Source of the DNA: Felis catus
Taxonomy: Eukaryota
Length of the DNA stretch: 64,000 nucleotides
NCBI RefSeq assembly: GCF_018350175.1
Contig: NC_058369.1
Span: 5,272,001 to 5,336,000, forward strand
Direction of reading: 5' to 3'
The notes under the pieces are model-generated. The model was not told the origin of the DNA. It saw only the letters and a program-made list of their open reading frames with translations, and searched no databases. Shown here piece after piece: positions 48,893 through 61,759 of the stretch. The position numbers were made by a program, and so were the translations under genes. Position 1 is the stretch's first letter, and each line of letters opens with the position of its first letter.

Positions 48893-51454
48893 ATTCATCC
48901 ATCGATGGACATTTGGGCTCTTTCCATACTTTGGCTATTGTTGATAGTGCTGCTATAAACTTGGGGTGCATGTGTCCCTTCAAAACAGCATACCTGTATC
49001 CCTTGGATAAATGCCTAGTAGTGCAATTGCTGGGTCGTAGGGTAGTTCTATTTTTAGTTTTTTGAGAAACCTCCATACTGTTTTCCAGAGTGGCTGCATC
49101 AGCTTGCATTCCCACCAACAATGCAAAAGAGCTCCTCTCTCTCCGCATCCTCACCAACATCTGTTGTTGCCTGAGTTGTTAATATTAGCCATTCTGGTAG
49201 GTGTAAGGTGGTATCTCATTGTGGTTTTGATTTGTGTTTCCCTGATGATGAGTGATGTTGAGCATTTTTTCATGTGTCAGTTGGCCATCTGGATGTCTTC
49301 TTTGGAGAAGTGTCTATTCATGTCTTTTGCCCATTTCTTCACTGGATTATTTGTTTTTTGGGTGTTGAGTTTGATAAGTTCTTTGTAGATTTTGGATACT
49401 AACCCTTTATCTGATATGTCATTTGCAAATATCTTCTCCCATTCTGTCAGTTGCCTTTTAGTTTTGTTGATTGTTTCCTACGCTGTGCAGAAGCTTTTTA
49501 TTTTGATGAGGTCCCAGTAGTTCATTTTTGCTTTTGTTTCCCTTGCCTCCAGAGACGTGTTGAGTAAGAAATTGCTGCACGCAAGGTCAAAGAGGTTTTT
49601 GCCTGCTTTCTCCTCGAGGATTTTGATGGCTTCCTTTCTTACATTGAGGTCTTTCATCCATTTTGAGTTTATTTTTGTTATGATGTAAGAAAGTGGTCCA
49701 GGTTCATTCTTCTGCATGTCGCTGTCCAGTTTTCCCAGCACCACTTGCTAAAGAGATTGTCTTTGTTCCATTGGATATTCTTTCCTGCTTTGTCAAAGAT
49801 TAGTTGCCCATACGTTTGAGGGTCCATTTCTGGGTTCTCTATTCTGTTCCATTGATCTGAGTGTCTGTTCTTGTGCCAGTACCATACTGTCTTGATGATT
49901 ACAGCTTCAAGTATAGCTTGAAGTCTGGGATTGTGATGCCTCTAGCTTTGGTTTTCTTTTTCAAGATTGCTTTCGCTATTCAGGGTCTTTTCTGGTTCCA
50001 TACAAATTTTAGAATTATTTGTTCTAGCTCTGTGAAGAATGCTGGTGTTACTTTGATAGGGATCACGTTAAATATGTATATTGCTTTGGGTAGTATCGAC
50101 ATTTTAACAATATTTGTTCTTCCTATCCAGGAGCATGGAATCTTTTTCCATTTGTGTCTTCTTCAATTTCTTTCATAAGCTTTCTATAGTTTTCAGTGTA
50201 TAGATTTTTCACCTCTTTGGTTAGATTTATTCCTAGGTATTTTATGGGTTTTGGTGCAACTGTAAATGGGATCGATTCCTTGATTTCTCTTTCTGTCGCT
50301 TCATTGTTGATGTATAGGAATGCAACTGATTTCTCTGCATTGATTTTATATCCTGCGACTTTGCTGAATTCATGAATCAGTTCTAGCAGTTTTTGGTGGA
50401 ATCTTTTGGGTTTTCCATATAGAGTATCATGTCATCTGCAAAGGGTGAAAGTTTGACCTCCTCCTGGCTGATTTGGATGCCTTTTATTTCTTCATGTTGT
50501 CTGATTACTGAGGCTAAGACTTCCAATACTATTTTGAATAACAGTGGCTAGAATGGACATCCCTGTCTTGTTCCTGACCTTAGGGGGAAAACTCTCAGTT
50601 TTTCCCCATTGAGGATGATATTAGCGTTGGGTCATTCATATATGGCTTTTATGATCTCAAGGTATGATCCTTCTATCCCTACTATCTTGAGGGTTTTTCG
50701 TGCTGTATTTTGTCAAATGCTTTCTCTGCATCTATTGAGAGGATCATATGGTTCTTGTCCTTTCTTTTATCGATGTGATGAATCACGTAATTGTTTTGCA
50801 GATATTGAACCAGCCCTGCATCCCAGTTATAAATCCCACTTGGTCGTGGTGAATAATTCTTTTAATGTATTGTTGGATCCAGTTGGCTAGTATCTTGTTG
50901 AGGATTTTTGCATCCATGTTCATCAGGGATATTGGTCTATAGTTCTCTTTTTTAGTGGGGTCTCTGGTTTTGGAATCAAGGTAATGCTGGCCTCATAGAA
51001 AGAGTTTGGAAGTTCTCCTTCCATTTCTATTTTTTGGAACAGTTTCAAGAGAATAGGTGTTAAATCTTCCTTAAATGTTTGGTAGAATTCCTCTGGAAAG
51101 CCATCTGGCCCTGGACTCTTGTTTTTTGGCAGATTTTTTATTACTAATTCGATTTCCTTTTCGTTATGAGTCTGTTCAAATTTTCTATTTCTTTCTGCTT
51201 CAGTTTTGGTAGTGTATATGTTCCAGGAATTTGTCCATTTCTTCCAGGTTGCCCATTTTATTGGCATATAATTGCTCATAATATTCTCTTATTATTGTTT
51301 TTATTTCTGTTGTGTTGGTTGTGATTTCTCCTCTTTCATTCTTGATTTTACTTATTTGGGTCCTTTCCTTTTTCTTCTTGGTCAAACTGGCTAGTGGTTT
51401 ATCAATTTTCTTAATTCTTTCAAAGAACCAGCTTCTGGTTTCATTGATCTGTTC

Positions 51455-51490
<36 letters not shown>

Positions 51491-52449
51491 GTTTCGATAG
51501 CATTAATTTCTGCTCTCATCTTTATTATTTCCTGTCTTCTGCTGGTTTTGGGTTTTATTTGCTGTTCTTTTTCCAGCTCCTTAAGGTGTAAGGTTAGGTT
51601 GTGTATCTGAGATCTTTCTTCCTTCTTTAGGATGACCTGGATTGCTATATACTTTCCTCTTATGACTGCCTTTGCTGCATCCCAGAGGTTTTGGGTTGTG
51701 GTGCTATCATTTTCATTGACTTCCATAAACTTGTTAATTTCTTCTTTAACTGGTTGGTTAGCCCATTCATTCTTTAGTAGGACGTTCTTCAGTCTCCAAG
51801 TATTTGTTACCTTTCCAAAATTTCTCTTGTTGTTGATTTCAAGTTTCCTAGCCTTGTGGTCTGAAAATATGCATGGTATGACCTTGATCTTTTTGTACTT
51901 GTTGAGGGTTGATTTGTGTCCCAGTATGTGATCTATGTTGGAGAACATTCCATGTGCACTGGAGAAGCATGTATATTCTGCTGCTTTAGGATGAAATGTT
52001 CTGAATATATCCGTTAAGTCCATTTGGTCCAGTGTGTCATTCAAAGGCATGTTCCCTTGTTGATTTCTGTTTAGATGATCTGTCCATTGCTGTGAGTGGG
52101 GTGTTGAAGTCCCCTACTATTATGGTATTATTATCAATGAGTCTCTTTATGTTTATGATTAATTGATTTATATATTTGGGTTGTCCACATTTGGAGCATA
52201 AATGTTTACAATTGTTATGTCTTCTTGATGGATAGCCCCTTAATTATGATATAATTCCCTTCTTCACCTCTTGTTACAGTCTTTATTTTCAAGTCTAGAT
52301 TGTCTGATGTAAGTATGGCTATTCCAGCTTTCTTTCGTTGACCATTAGCATGATAGATGGTTCTCCATCCCCTTACTTTCAATCTGAAGGTGTCTTTAGG
52401 TCTAAACTGGGTCTCTTGTAAAGAGCATATAGATGGATCTTGTTTTCTT

Positions 52450-52664
52450 TTATTTTTAAATATTTTTAATATTTTATTTTTTTGAGAGAAAGAGGGAGAA
52501 TGAGTGGGGGAGGAGCAGAGAGAGAGGGAGACACAGAATCTGAAGCAGGCTCCTGGTTCTGAGCTGTCAGCACAGAGTCCTATGTGGGGCTTGAACTTAT
52601 GAACCATGAGATCATGACCTGAGCCAAAGTTAGAAGCTTAACCAACTGAGCCACCCAGGCACCC
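52450..52664 (-). mobile_element. CanSINE in L1 ORF2
   Basis: 19-bp TSD AGATGGATCTTGTTTTCTT (52431 and 52665). Confidence 0.93.
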
Positions 52665-54256
52665 AGATGGATCTTGTTTTCTTATCCATTCTATTATCCT
52701 ATTCTTTTGATTGGAATATTTAGTCCATTGATGTTTAGAGTGAGTACTGAAAAGAAATGAATGTATTGCCATTATGTTGCCTGTAGAGTTGGAGTTTCTG
52801 ATAGTGTTCTCTGGTCCTTTCTAATCTTTGTTGCTTTTGGTCTTTTTTTTTTTTTTCCATCTTTTCTGCCTCAGAGAGTCCCCCTTAAAATTTCTTGCAG
52901 GGCTGGTTTAATGGTCATGAACTCCTTTAATTTTTGTTTGGGAAACTTTTTATCTCTCCTATTTTGAATGACAGCCTTGCTGTATAAAGAATTCTTTGCT
53001 GCATATTTTTCTGAGTCAACACACTGAATATATCTTGTCACTGCTTTCTGGCCTGCCAATTTTCTGTGGATAGGTCTGCTGCAAACCTGATCTGTCTTCC
53101 CTTGTAGGTTAGGGACTTTTTTCCCTTGTTGTTTTCATGATTCTCTCCTTGCCTGAGTATTTTGTGAATTTGACTATGATCTGCCTTGTTGATGGTCGAT
53201 TTTTGTTGAATCTAATGGGAGTTCTCTGTGCTTCCTGGATTTTGATGTCTGTGTCTTTCCCCAGGTTAGGAAAATTTTCCACTATGATTTGCTCACATAA
53301 CCCCTCTACCCCTATTTCTCTCTCTTCCTCTTCTGGGACCCCTATGGTTCTGATGTTGTTCCTTTTTCATGAGTCACTGATTTCTCTAATTCTTCAATCG
53401 TGCTCTTTTGCCTTAGTCTCCCTCTTTTTTTCTGCTTCATTATTCTCCATAAGTTTGTCCTCCAGGTCGCTAATTATCTGCTCTACCTCATCCATCCTTG
53501 CTGCCATGGCATTCATTCAAGATTTCAGCTTAGTTATACCATTTTTTATTTCATCCTAACTAGCTTTTATCTCCACAGAAAGGGATTTTAATCTGTTTTC
53601 AACCCCAGCTAGTATTCTTATTATCATGATTCTAAATTCTGGTTCAGACATCTTGCTTTTAGCTGTATTGATTAAGTCCCTGGCTGTCGTTTCTTCCTGC
53701 TCTTTCTTTTGGGGTGAATTTCTTCGTTTCATCATTTTTAAGGAAGAAACAGAAAAAAATTAAAATTAAAAAATTAAAAACAACACGAAAAAGTCAAATA
53801 AAGGATGCTAGATCCTAGGTGTGTTCTGGTCTGTTTTTGAAAGGAGGTTGATAGATTAGAGAAAAAAAGAGAAAGATAAAAAAGAAAAAAGGAAACTGTT
53901 GTAAATTTGAAAAAATGAATACAATTAAATAGAATAAAATGAAATAATGGAAGTAAAAAAATAGCATTTGAAAAATTTACAAAAAAATAAAAAATATAGT
54001 AGAAAAAATTAAAGACATATATTTAATAGAAATGAAAAATAGAGATAATTTGTTTCTGTTTCTGTATTCAAGAATCAGAAAAAAAATTGAATAGATGGAC
54101 CAGCAAACAGACTGAAGTACGATTGAAATCACATCGTTTTCCCCTAGAAGTTGGACTATGTAGCACTTTATAGTCCATAAACTATGCAGGCAGAGAGACT
54201 TGTGTTCCTGAAGCGCGAGGTTGGCCCAGTTGGGCGGGCTTAGTGTAACAGCTATT

Positions 54257-54274
54257 CTCCACTAGATGGCGCTG
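54257..54274 (+). promoter_or_regulatory. Strong CTCF consensus match in L1 5' UTR
   Basis: CTCCACTAGATGGCGCTG fits CCA(C/G)(C/T)AG(A/G)(G/T)GGCGC. Confidence 0.55.
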
Positions 54275-56395
54275 CTTAGCTTACTGGGTGGACTGCTGTA
54301 GTGTGTAGGTGTGCATGCACATGCGTAGGAGTGAAAATGGCATCACCCAGCTACCCAGTCTCTAGTATCGGAACTCTGGTCTCCCTGATCAGCTATCATG
54401 CACCCTTCCTTTGTCTCCAGCTCCATCCACTCCCCACTTCTGCACTGTCCGTGACCAAGCCAGCAGGCTGCAGGTGGCACCTCCCTGCTGAGTTTTATCT
54501 CAGATGCGGCTGTTTCCCAACCCCTCACTTCTGAGGGATTGTGGTGTTGACCTGTTCTGACCCCTGCAGGAGGATCTCACCAAGCAATGGCCGGGTGTCA
54601 GCCACACCCAGGAACATTTGCAGGACCATGCTTCTCTCGATGCCCAGAGACCGTGGTTGGGTGCCAGCCTGCCCCCCCCCCAAAAGTTCATGCAATCTTG
54701 TAGCAGCAGCATTTCAGGGATTATGGAAAATCACAACATCTGGGACCAGGCTTCAACCTTAACATCCTTGTTCCGGCACCAGCAAATATGGCTGTTCTCC
54801 GGGGTCTGCTGGGACCTTTGCCTGTGGGGTGGCCACACAGCCTCTACCAAATTTCCCCCCTGTAGGGGAACTGCCTCTTCCCATGTGGCCTAAGGACCTC
54901 ACTCTCTCCTCCTGGGGATTCGCCCTTCCCACCCGAGCACTGCCAGGTAGAGAGCTGCAGAGTTTCAGATTCTGTGCTCCCCCTGTTTGTAGAGTCTTCA
55001 TGGAATTTAAAACCTCTCCTTTCTGCCTTTTTTGTTCAGCCCCTTGCATACTTTTTCTTTTCTCTCCAGCTGCTTTGGGGGGGGGATGCTTTCCATTCTC
55101 TCCTCCTGTCTCCATCCTCTCTCCACAAGCAAAAACAGCTCCCTGCCCTCTGCAGCTTTCTCCCCCAGTTCACCTCTCCATGCTATGTACCTGCTGAGTC
55201 CTCTGGTTTGGGTTGTTAATCCTCAAATCAGTTTACTAGGTGTGCAGGATGGTTTAGTGTTGATCTGGCTGCATTTCAGGGACGCGAGACACACACACAA
55301 AAAAAAACCTTCCATGCTGTTGTACCATCTTGGTCCCTCCCTGTGTTTTCTTTTATCTCATTAATTTTCCTTAAAGCGGCTATTTTGAATTCTTCTCCAG
55401 GTAAATCCCTTGAGAATAGTATTGGTTGTTGGAATATTATTGGTAGGATTTGGTGGAGTCATGTTTCCTTATTGTTTTCATGTTTCTTTGAAGTTTTTCC
55501 TTGCTGTCTTTGCATATGAAGTGTAGTTACGTCCTGTGGTTTTTACTAACTGCCTCCAGGGAGAAATACCTCCTATCAGCCCAGCTAGAGATTGAGGCTT
55601 CCTCAGATCTTCTGGGGTCATGCCAGTTCCATGCCTCTTGCTCCCTCTTGTGGCACAATTCTTATATTTGTGTGCTTTGTTCCTACCCTGCCAGGCACCA
55701 GACCAAGTGCTAACAGACTCTGGTCTTGCTTTTCCCAAAGGTAACACTACCTGCTGCTGCTAAAGTTGTAGTCTCTCCCTGTCTGCCAGAGATTACTCTC
55801 ACTGCTCTCTTCAGAAGCAGACAAAGGGAGCTGACCACGGAATGGGGCAGTGAGGGTGAGGAATACAGAATACTCGTGTCTGTGGGCCACCCAGTGACTC
55901 CTGAGTGGACTTCTTGATGGTTTCCACAACACAGTGAGTAGGAGCTGTGTCCCCCTCACGTATTCTGAGATTCCTTTCTGCCATTCTTTCAAGCTCTTCC
56001 CACCCCCCTACACCCTACCCCAATCCTGGAACTCAATGGGGCACTTGTAGAAATCTGGACTTCCATGAAGGCTCTCTCATACATGGGTGATTGTCTAAGT
56101 CCGTGTTTTCCAAGGTCTCCTGGACTATGGCTAAAAGGGACTGCAGCAAGTTAATGGGCCACTGCAAGGACCACAGCTGGGACCACGGTGTGTCTGTCTG
56201 TTACCCGATGCAAAGGTGAGTGAGACGCACAGATCCCCTGACATATGGTGCTGGACCCCCCCAGCTCCTACAAGCTACTTTTGTTAATGAATGGATGCTG
56301 GATTTGTGTTGGGGGAGGGGGCTGGGGTGCAGGAAGAGGAGAAAAAACAAGGGTCTTATGCCACCATGATGCTGACATATAGCAGTTTATTTCTT

Positions 56396-56898
56396 TTTAT
56401 TAAAAAAATTTTTTTTAATGTTTATTTTCACGACAGACACAGAGCGTGAGCAGGGGAGGGGCAGAGAGAGAGGAAGACACAGAATCCAAAGAAGGTTCCA
56501 GTCTCTGAGCTGTCAGCACAGAGCCCGATGTGGGGCTCAAACTCACGGACCACGAGATCACAACCTGAGCTGAAGTCAGACACTCAACTGACTGAGCCAC
56601 GCAGGCGCCCCTGGTTAGTACAGACATTTTAACAAGATTTTTTCTTCCAATCTATGAACATGGAGTGTTTTTCCATTTCTTTGTGTCCTCTTCAATTTCT
56701 TTTATTTTGTTAATGTTTATTTTTGACAGAGCATGAGTGGGGGAGGGGCAGAGAGACAGGGAGACACAGAATCCAACGTGGGCTCCAGACTCTGAGCTGT
56801 CAGCACAGAGCCCAACGTGGGGCTCAGACTCACAAACTGTGAGATCATGACCTGAGCCGAAGTTGGTCACTCAACCGACTGAGCCACCCAGACGCCCC
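56396..56898 (-). mobile_element. Composite SINE + 90-bp L1 ORF2 fragment + SINE within a single TSD
   Basis: SINEs at about 56703-56898 and 56396-56611 flank L1 KEIEEDTKKWKNTPCS; TSD ATA(T/C)AGCAGTTTATTTCTT at 56377-95 and 56899-917. Confidence 0.8.
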
Positions 56899-57299
56899 AT
56901 ACAGCAGTTTATTTCTTAAAATAAGCTTTCTGCTTCTTTCTTCCTCTTTTCTCCTTTGGGACTCCAGTGAGGTGTAGATGGGTTTTTTGTTTTTTGTTTT
57001 TTTGTTTTTTAGTTGTGTCCCATAGATCCTGAAGGCTTCCTTTATTACGCATTCTTTTCTCTTTTTTACTCCTCTGATTGAATATTTCAAACGATCTGTC
57101 CTCAAGATCGGCCATTCTTCTGCTTTGTGTAGTCTACTGTTGAAGATTTCTGTTGAATTCTTCAGCCATTGTATTCTTCAGCTCCAAAACTTCTGTCTAG
57201 TTCTTTATGCTTTCTCTTTGTTGAATTTCTCACTTTGTCCTTCTTTTGTTTTCCTGATTTCAGTAACTTGTGTTCACTTTTAGCTTTCCGAGTATCTTT

Positions 57300-57473
57300 T
57301 TTTTTTAAGTTTTTATTTTAATTCCAGTTAGTTAACATACAGTGTTATATTAGTTTCAGGTGTACAATATAGTGATTCAACAATTCTGTACATCACCCAG
57401 TGCTCATCACAAGGGCACTCCTTAATCCCCCTCACCCATTTCACCCCAGCCACCTCCCCTCTGGTAACCATCA
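57300..57473 (-). mobile_element. Very short carnivore L1 3' end
   Basis: TSD tttc(c/t)gagtatcttt (57285 and 57474). Confidence 0.85.
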
Positions 57474-58534
57474 TTTCTGAGTATCTTTCAAACAATTACT
57501 TTGAATTCTTCTTAAGGAAATGTACGTATCTCCATTTCTTTGGGGTCAGTTATTAGAAGTTTCCTGTGTTCCTTTGGTGGGGGCATGTTTCGCTCATTCT
57601 TTTTGATCCCTATAGCCTTGCATCAGTGTCTGCGCATTTGAATGAGCAATAACCTCTTCTAGACTTGATGGACAAACTGCAGTAAAGGGGGAAGACCTTC
57701 AAGCAGGAGCATGTGCTAGCTTTGGATCAGGGGTCGGGGGCGTGAGGCAGGCACATGATGTCTCGTCAGCTCAAGCTGCTGAGATCCACACCATCAATAG
57801 CTGTGTGGCCCTTGGAAAGTACTGCAGGGGGGTTCACAGTGGCTGTAAGGGCTGTAGAGGACCTCAATGGCCCCTCCTGGTCCAGCAGCTTGGGTCAGGG
57901 AGCAGTGGTGGCAGGGTCCGGGGCATGCACATGCTCCGCAGGAGGGTCCAGCTGCACAGGCCTGTGTAGTGCCCAGGAGTGGTTGCAGACACCCATGCAG
58001 TGATGGAAGTCTGGCCAGCCTCAGGTGCACTGGTAGCTGTAGGAGTTCTGGCTGTCAGCATACACTCTTGAGGCTGTAGGGGGTCTTTCCAGGGGTGTAT
58101 ACAGGGCACTGGAGGCAGTGAAAACAGCTGGGCTGGGGGCGTGCAGGTGAATAGCTGGAAAGGCCAGCTGCACATAAGCACAGGGGTACAGGTCAGTGAC
58201 AAGAGACAGGGACAAAGCTGAGCCCACAAGTAGCTAAGGGGGTCCTGGCTGTCTGGTACACAGCAGTGGATGTGGGTAGTAGGAGTCAGGCTAGCGGGGT
58301 GCAGGTACACAGCTGGAGGGGCTAGTTATAGGTGAGCACAGTGGTGCAAGCTAGTGACTGGAGATAGGGCTGAATCTGGGTCACGAGCAGCTATAGGGGT
58401 CTGGCTGTGGCCTGCACTTGGGTGGCTACAGGCTATCACCAGGGGCATGCAAATAGCAGTAGAGGCCTGGAACAAGCGTCAGGCCAGCAGCACGAAGGGC
58501 ACGGCTGGAGCTAGCACCTGTGTGTTGGGGGGTC

Positions 58535-58615
58535 AGCTGCAGGGATCTAGGTAGGTGTCATAGCTGCAGGGATCTAGGTAGGTGTCATAGCTGCAGGGAT
58601 CTAGGTAGGTGCCAT
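58535..58615. repeat. 27-bp tandem repeat, 3 copies (AGCTGCAGGGATCTAGGTAGGTGTCAT)
   Basis: Two identical units plus one with a single mismatch. Confidence 0.95.
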
Positions 58616-58767
58616 GCACTCAGCAGCTGCAGAGAGAGGCCTGAGCTGGGCTCCAACATGCATCCCAGGCTCCAGCAGGTACACGGAGGAGGGCATGGGA
58701 GGTATCCTGGTGGCTGGTGTCCAAGTAGGTCGGAGAACAAGAAGCCGGAGGCACCATAAGAATGTCC

Positions 58768-59080
58768 TGAAGGAGAGGGACAGAGCAGCAAGGAAGCGAA
58801 AACAGTTTCATCTCCAGGACAGAAAGCTGCCGGGACTGCTCGCTCCCTCCAGAAGGACATCATACGGGTGCCAGGCCTGGAGATAAGAATGTTTTGTCTG
58901 GTGCCAGATGTACTCATGACCCAGTATGGAAAACACTGCAGGTGCACGACCTGTCAAGATGCCACGTACTGTGTCGTATGTGCTTGCTGTTATCAGACAA
59001 TTTGCAAAAATAAAAGAGGCTTGAGCCAGGAGACCGGTGCTTTGGCTCCTGGAGAGTCTCACCTTTAGGACCTCTCTTCA
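58768..59080 (+). mobile_element. 5' LTR of betaretrovirus-like provirus (about 313 bp)
   Basis: Inverted termini TGAAGGAGAGG...CCTCTCTTCA; AATAAA 59009-14; PBS 2 nt after the CA. Left edge inferred from the inverted repeat. Confidence 0.75.
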
Positions 59081-59082
59081 GC

Positions 59083-59100
59083 TGGTGCCTGAACAGGGAA
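59083..59100 (+). promoter_or_regulatory. Primer binding site, tRNA-Lys3
   Basis: TGGTGCCTGAACAGGGAA versus canonical TGGCGCCCGAACAGGGAC (two CpG transitions, one terminal change). Confidence 0.85.
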
Positions 59101-59203
59101 CCTGAAGGGGGACGTGTGCAGCACCACTGAAGAAGGGCCCAGGGAACCGAAGGAAACTTTGGAGCCGGCGAAGCTCATCCTTCAGGATTTCTGCAGGGTA
59201 AGT

Positions 59204-60880
59204 ACAGGGGATTCCACCCCATCTAGTTATCACTTACATATTCAGCGCTTGCAGACTTTATTAAAGAGCTCAGGGGTAAAAGTGAAACGATCGGCATTTC
59301 AGGATTTGTTATACTTAGTAAAGAAACATTGTTACCGGTTTATGCCTCTGGCAAAGATGCTTTGAATCAGAAACAATGGAACTTGGTTTTATGTGCTTTG
59401 TGCCACGCTTATCAGCAAGAAGCTATCCCTCTCTCCCTATGGTCTTTATGTAATTTAAGTTCCCTGGCTTTGCAGCCCTTGCAGTCAGAATCAGGGGAAG
59501 AAGGGGACATTGGTCATCACAACCCCTCACTGGCTGAAAGTGATCATGAGCTCGTAGATAGTGACTCAGGGCCCGAGCCCATATCCCACCACCAGGGGAA
59601 TAGAAACCTACAGGTCCCAGGTTCATGGCCCAGAGATAGTCACAGCTCAGGTTTCCGTACTCCTGCCTCCCTCATTGCCCCACAGCCCTGAACCCATCCA
59701 TCCCTTTAAGGAAACTAAATGTTCCACTTATTCAAAAAACCCATTTCTTGGTATCTCCACTCATAGTATCACAATTCGTTTCCCCCTTAATGCAGGTGCT
59801 TCAACAAACTAAGGCTGCGGGGGACACTGAATTAACACCTAGTATGCCTGCAGCTTATCTTGTCAACATTACCCAAATTCCTCCTAACCAGAAATATCTT
59901 CAGGGAGGGCAATGATTTTATCTGGTTCCTTTTGGTTTTACGGTAATTAATGACTTGAAACAGACTTGCACGCAATACAGTGTTAATTCCTCTTATACGT
60001 TGGGATTGGTGTCTGGTTTAGCCAATTCAGAGCAACTCATTCCATGGGACTGGGCGGTCCTAGGTCGCACTGTCCCAAGCGCTTCTGAATTTTTGCAGTT
60101 TAGGACTTGGTGGGAGGAAGAAGCACAGATACAGGCCCGGGATGATGCCGCCCTGAATCCTCCTGTGCCCATTACCGGAAAACAACTTACCAGGAGCAGA
60201 CGAGGGTTTGGCATACAGGTTCAGCTTCAGTATGATGTTCAAGCGGTGATACAAGTTAGATTGTGCTGCCTGAATGCCTGGGAGAAAATAGCTGCCCCTG
60301 GACAGGCTACACCCTCTTTTGTTCAAGTCAAACAGAGTCCTAAGGAGCCCTATGTAGATTTTACTGCTGGGCTAAAGGATGTTATTATAAAAAGCATCTC
60401 TCAGGCAGACTTACCGGATCTCCTCTTACAGCTGCTGGCTTTTGGTAATGCTAATAAGGAATGCCAACAAGCTTTATACCCAGTGAGGTCTCAAGGAGGT
60501 GATTTAACTGATTATTTAAAGGCCTGTCAAGATATCAGCTCAGAGGTCTATAAAATGTGCCTTGAATAGCCACTGCCAGCAGCCCCTGGACTTTACGAAC
60601 AGTCCAAGCGTTTTCGCTGTGGCAAATTGGGACATTATAAGAGGGATTGCTGACAGCTGAGTTGTAACAACTCCCATGATCTACCTCGCCCCCAGAATGA
60701 AATTCTAAGCCTCCTGGGTTATGCCCTGGATGCAATAAAGACTATCATTTTGCAAATCAATGTAGATCTAAATTCCATAAGAATGGAGCTCCCCTGCCAT
60801 CTTGGTGGGGGAGACGGGGATAACGCCCCCCCCCCACCAGGGCCCGAATGTAAAGAATACGGGGAATCAGATTCCACATT
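59204..60880 (+). pseudogene. gag: ERV gag (MA, CA with MHR, two NC knuckles), disrupted
   Basis: Splice donor GGTAAGT directly before a lost start (ACA GGG GAT); MA LLKSSGVKV; MHR VKQSPKEPYVDF; knuckles RFRCGKLGHYKRDC and [14 protein letters not shown]. Confidence 0.85.
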
Positions 60881-61740
60881 ATTACCCTGTGAGCTACGGG
60901 ACTTACCATGCAAATCTGTCCATGACCTTCTCCATGCCACATGAGGGAGTGCTGCATTAGATATTCCTGCCCCAGAGTCTCTGGTCCTCAAACCCTCCAT
61001 GGGAATTTACAAGGTTAAAACTGGGATTTACGGGCCTCTTCAGGGTCCATTGGCCTTCTTATTGGACGAAGTAGTCTTATGTCCAAGGGAGTTCATGTCT
61101 ACTTAGGAATTATAGGAGCTGATTTTAAGGATGAAGTTTTAGTAATGATTAGTACTTCAGTTCCTTATCATGTCTTGGCAGGAGGTCGCATTGCCCAACT
61201 ACCATTGTTGCCTTACATTGCTTTAATCTCCACGCCAATAGACTGGCAGGGAGGGTTTGGATCTACGGGCAAACAGATATCTTGGCAAACATTTCTAAAG
61301 GACAAAGGCCTGAGATGACCTTACAAATGAATGGAACATCATCTACTGGCCTGGTAGACTCAGGAGCTGATGATGTCACCATCATTGCTTCTAAGTTTTG
61401 CCCTAAGAATTGGCCACTCCGACCTATATCCACAGTCTTTACAGGTGAAGGAAAAGCTACTGACATCCAACAGAGTGTTGAAACTTTTCTATGTGAAGGG
61501 CCTGAAGGCCAGGCTGCTACTATCCAGACTTATGTTACTGATACAGCCATTAATCCATGGGGAAGAGACCTCCTAAGTCAATGGGGAGCATGTATTAATA
61601 TTCCTTATGTTTCCCCTGCTGCAACCAATATGGTGTCCAAAGTGAGTTATAATCCATTAAAAGGGCTTGGACGACAAGAAAATGGGCTTATGGGAACAAT
61701 TACTGCCGAAATGTGGCCACCTTGTGTGGGACTGGGATAG
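60880..61740 (+). pseudogene. pro: ERV pro: dUTPase, aspartic protease and G-patch, disrupted
   Basis: GSAALD, GRSS, GII.AD, RIAQL, GGFGSTG dUTPase motifs; LVDSGAD and WGRDLL protease motifs; [10 protein letters not shown]-patch. Confidence 0.9.
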
Positions 61741-61759
61741 CCTGTACAGAATTCAGGTT

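Larger units (their letters stand above)
48467..55341 (-). mobile_element. Full-length carnivore L1 (disrupted ORFs), no TSD, with CanSINE in EN region
   Basis: T-tail at 48467; ORF2 fragments 48.7-52.7 kb; ORF1 start MMKRRNSPQKKEQEE at about 53735; long 5' UTR with T-rich tract; 5' end GGAGGGACCAAGATGG. Confidence 0.93.
55342..58715 (-). mobile_element. Old L1M-type ORF1/5' UTR remnants (at least two copies)
   Basis: ORF1-like MADLEDRSFEI...SLQDLWDT (56909..57115); related segments at about 55380-55560 and 57495-57690; G-rich 5' UTR-like sequence. Confidence 0.55.

Noticed and set aside
53745..54090. Long A-rich tract as separate element or retrocopy tail
   Set aside because: It is the T-rich part of the L1 5' UTR read on the opposite strand.
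57742..58950. Many overlapping GC-rich ORFs
   Set aside because: Old L1 5' UTR-like sequence, minisatellite and LTR; no domains.
60809..60815. Functional gag-pro frameshift site
   Set aside because: GGGAGAC is a decayed GGGAAAC and the surrounding ORFs are dead.
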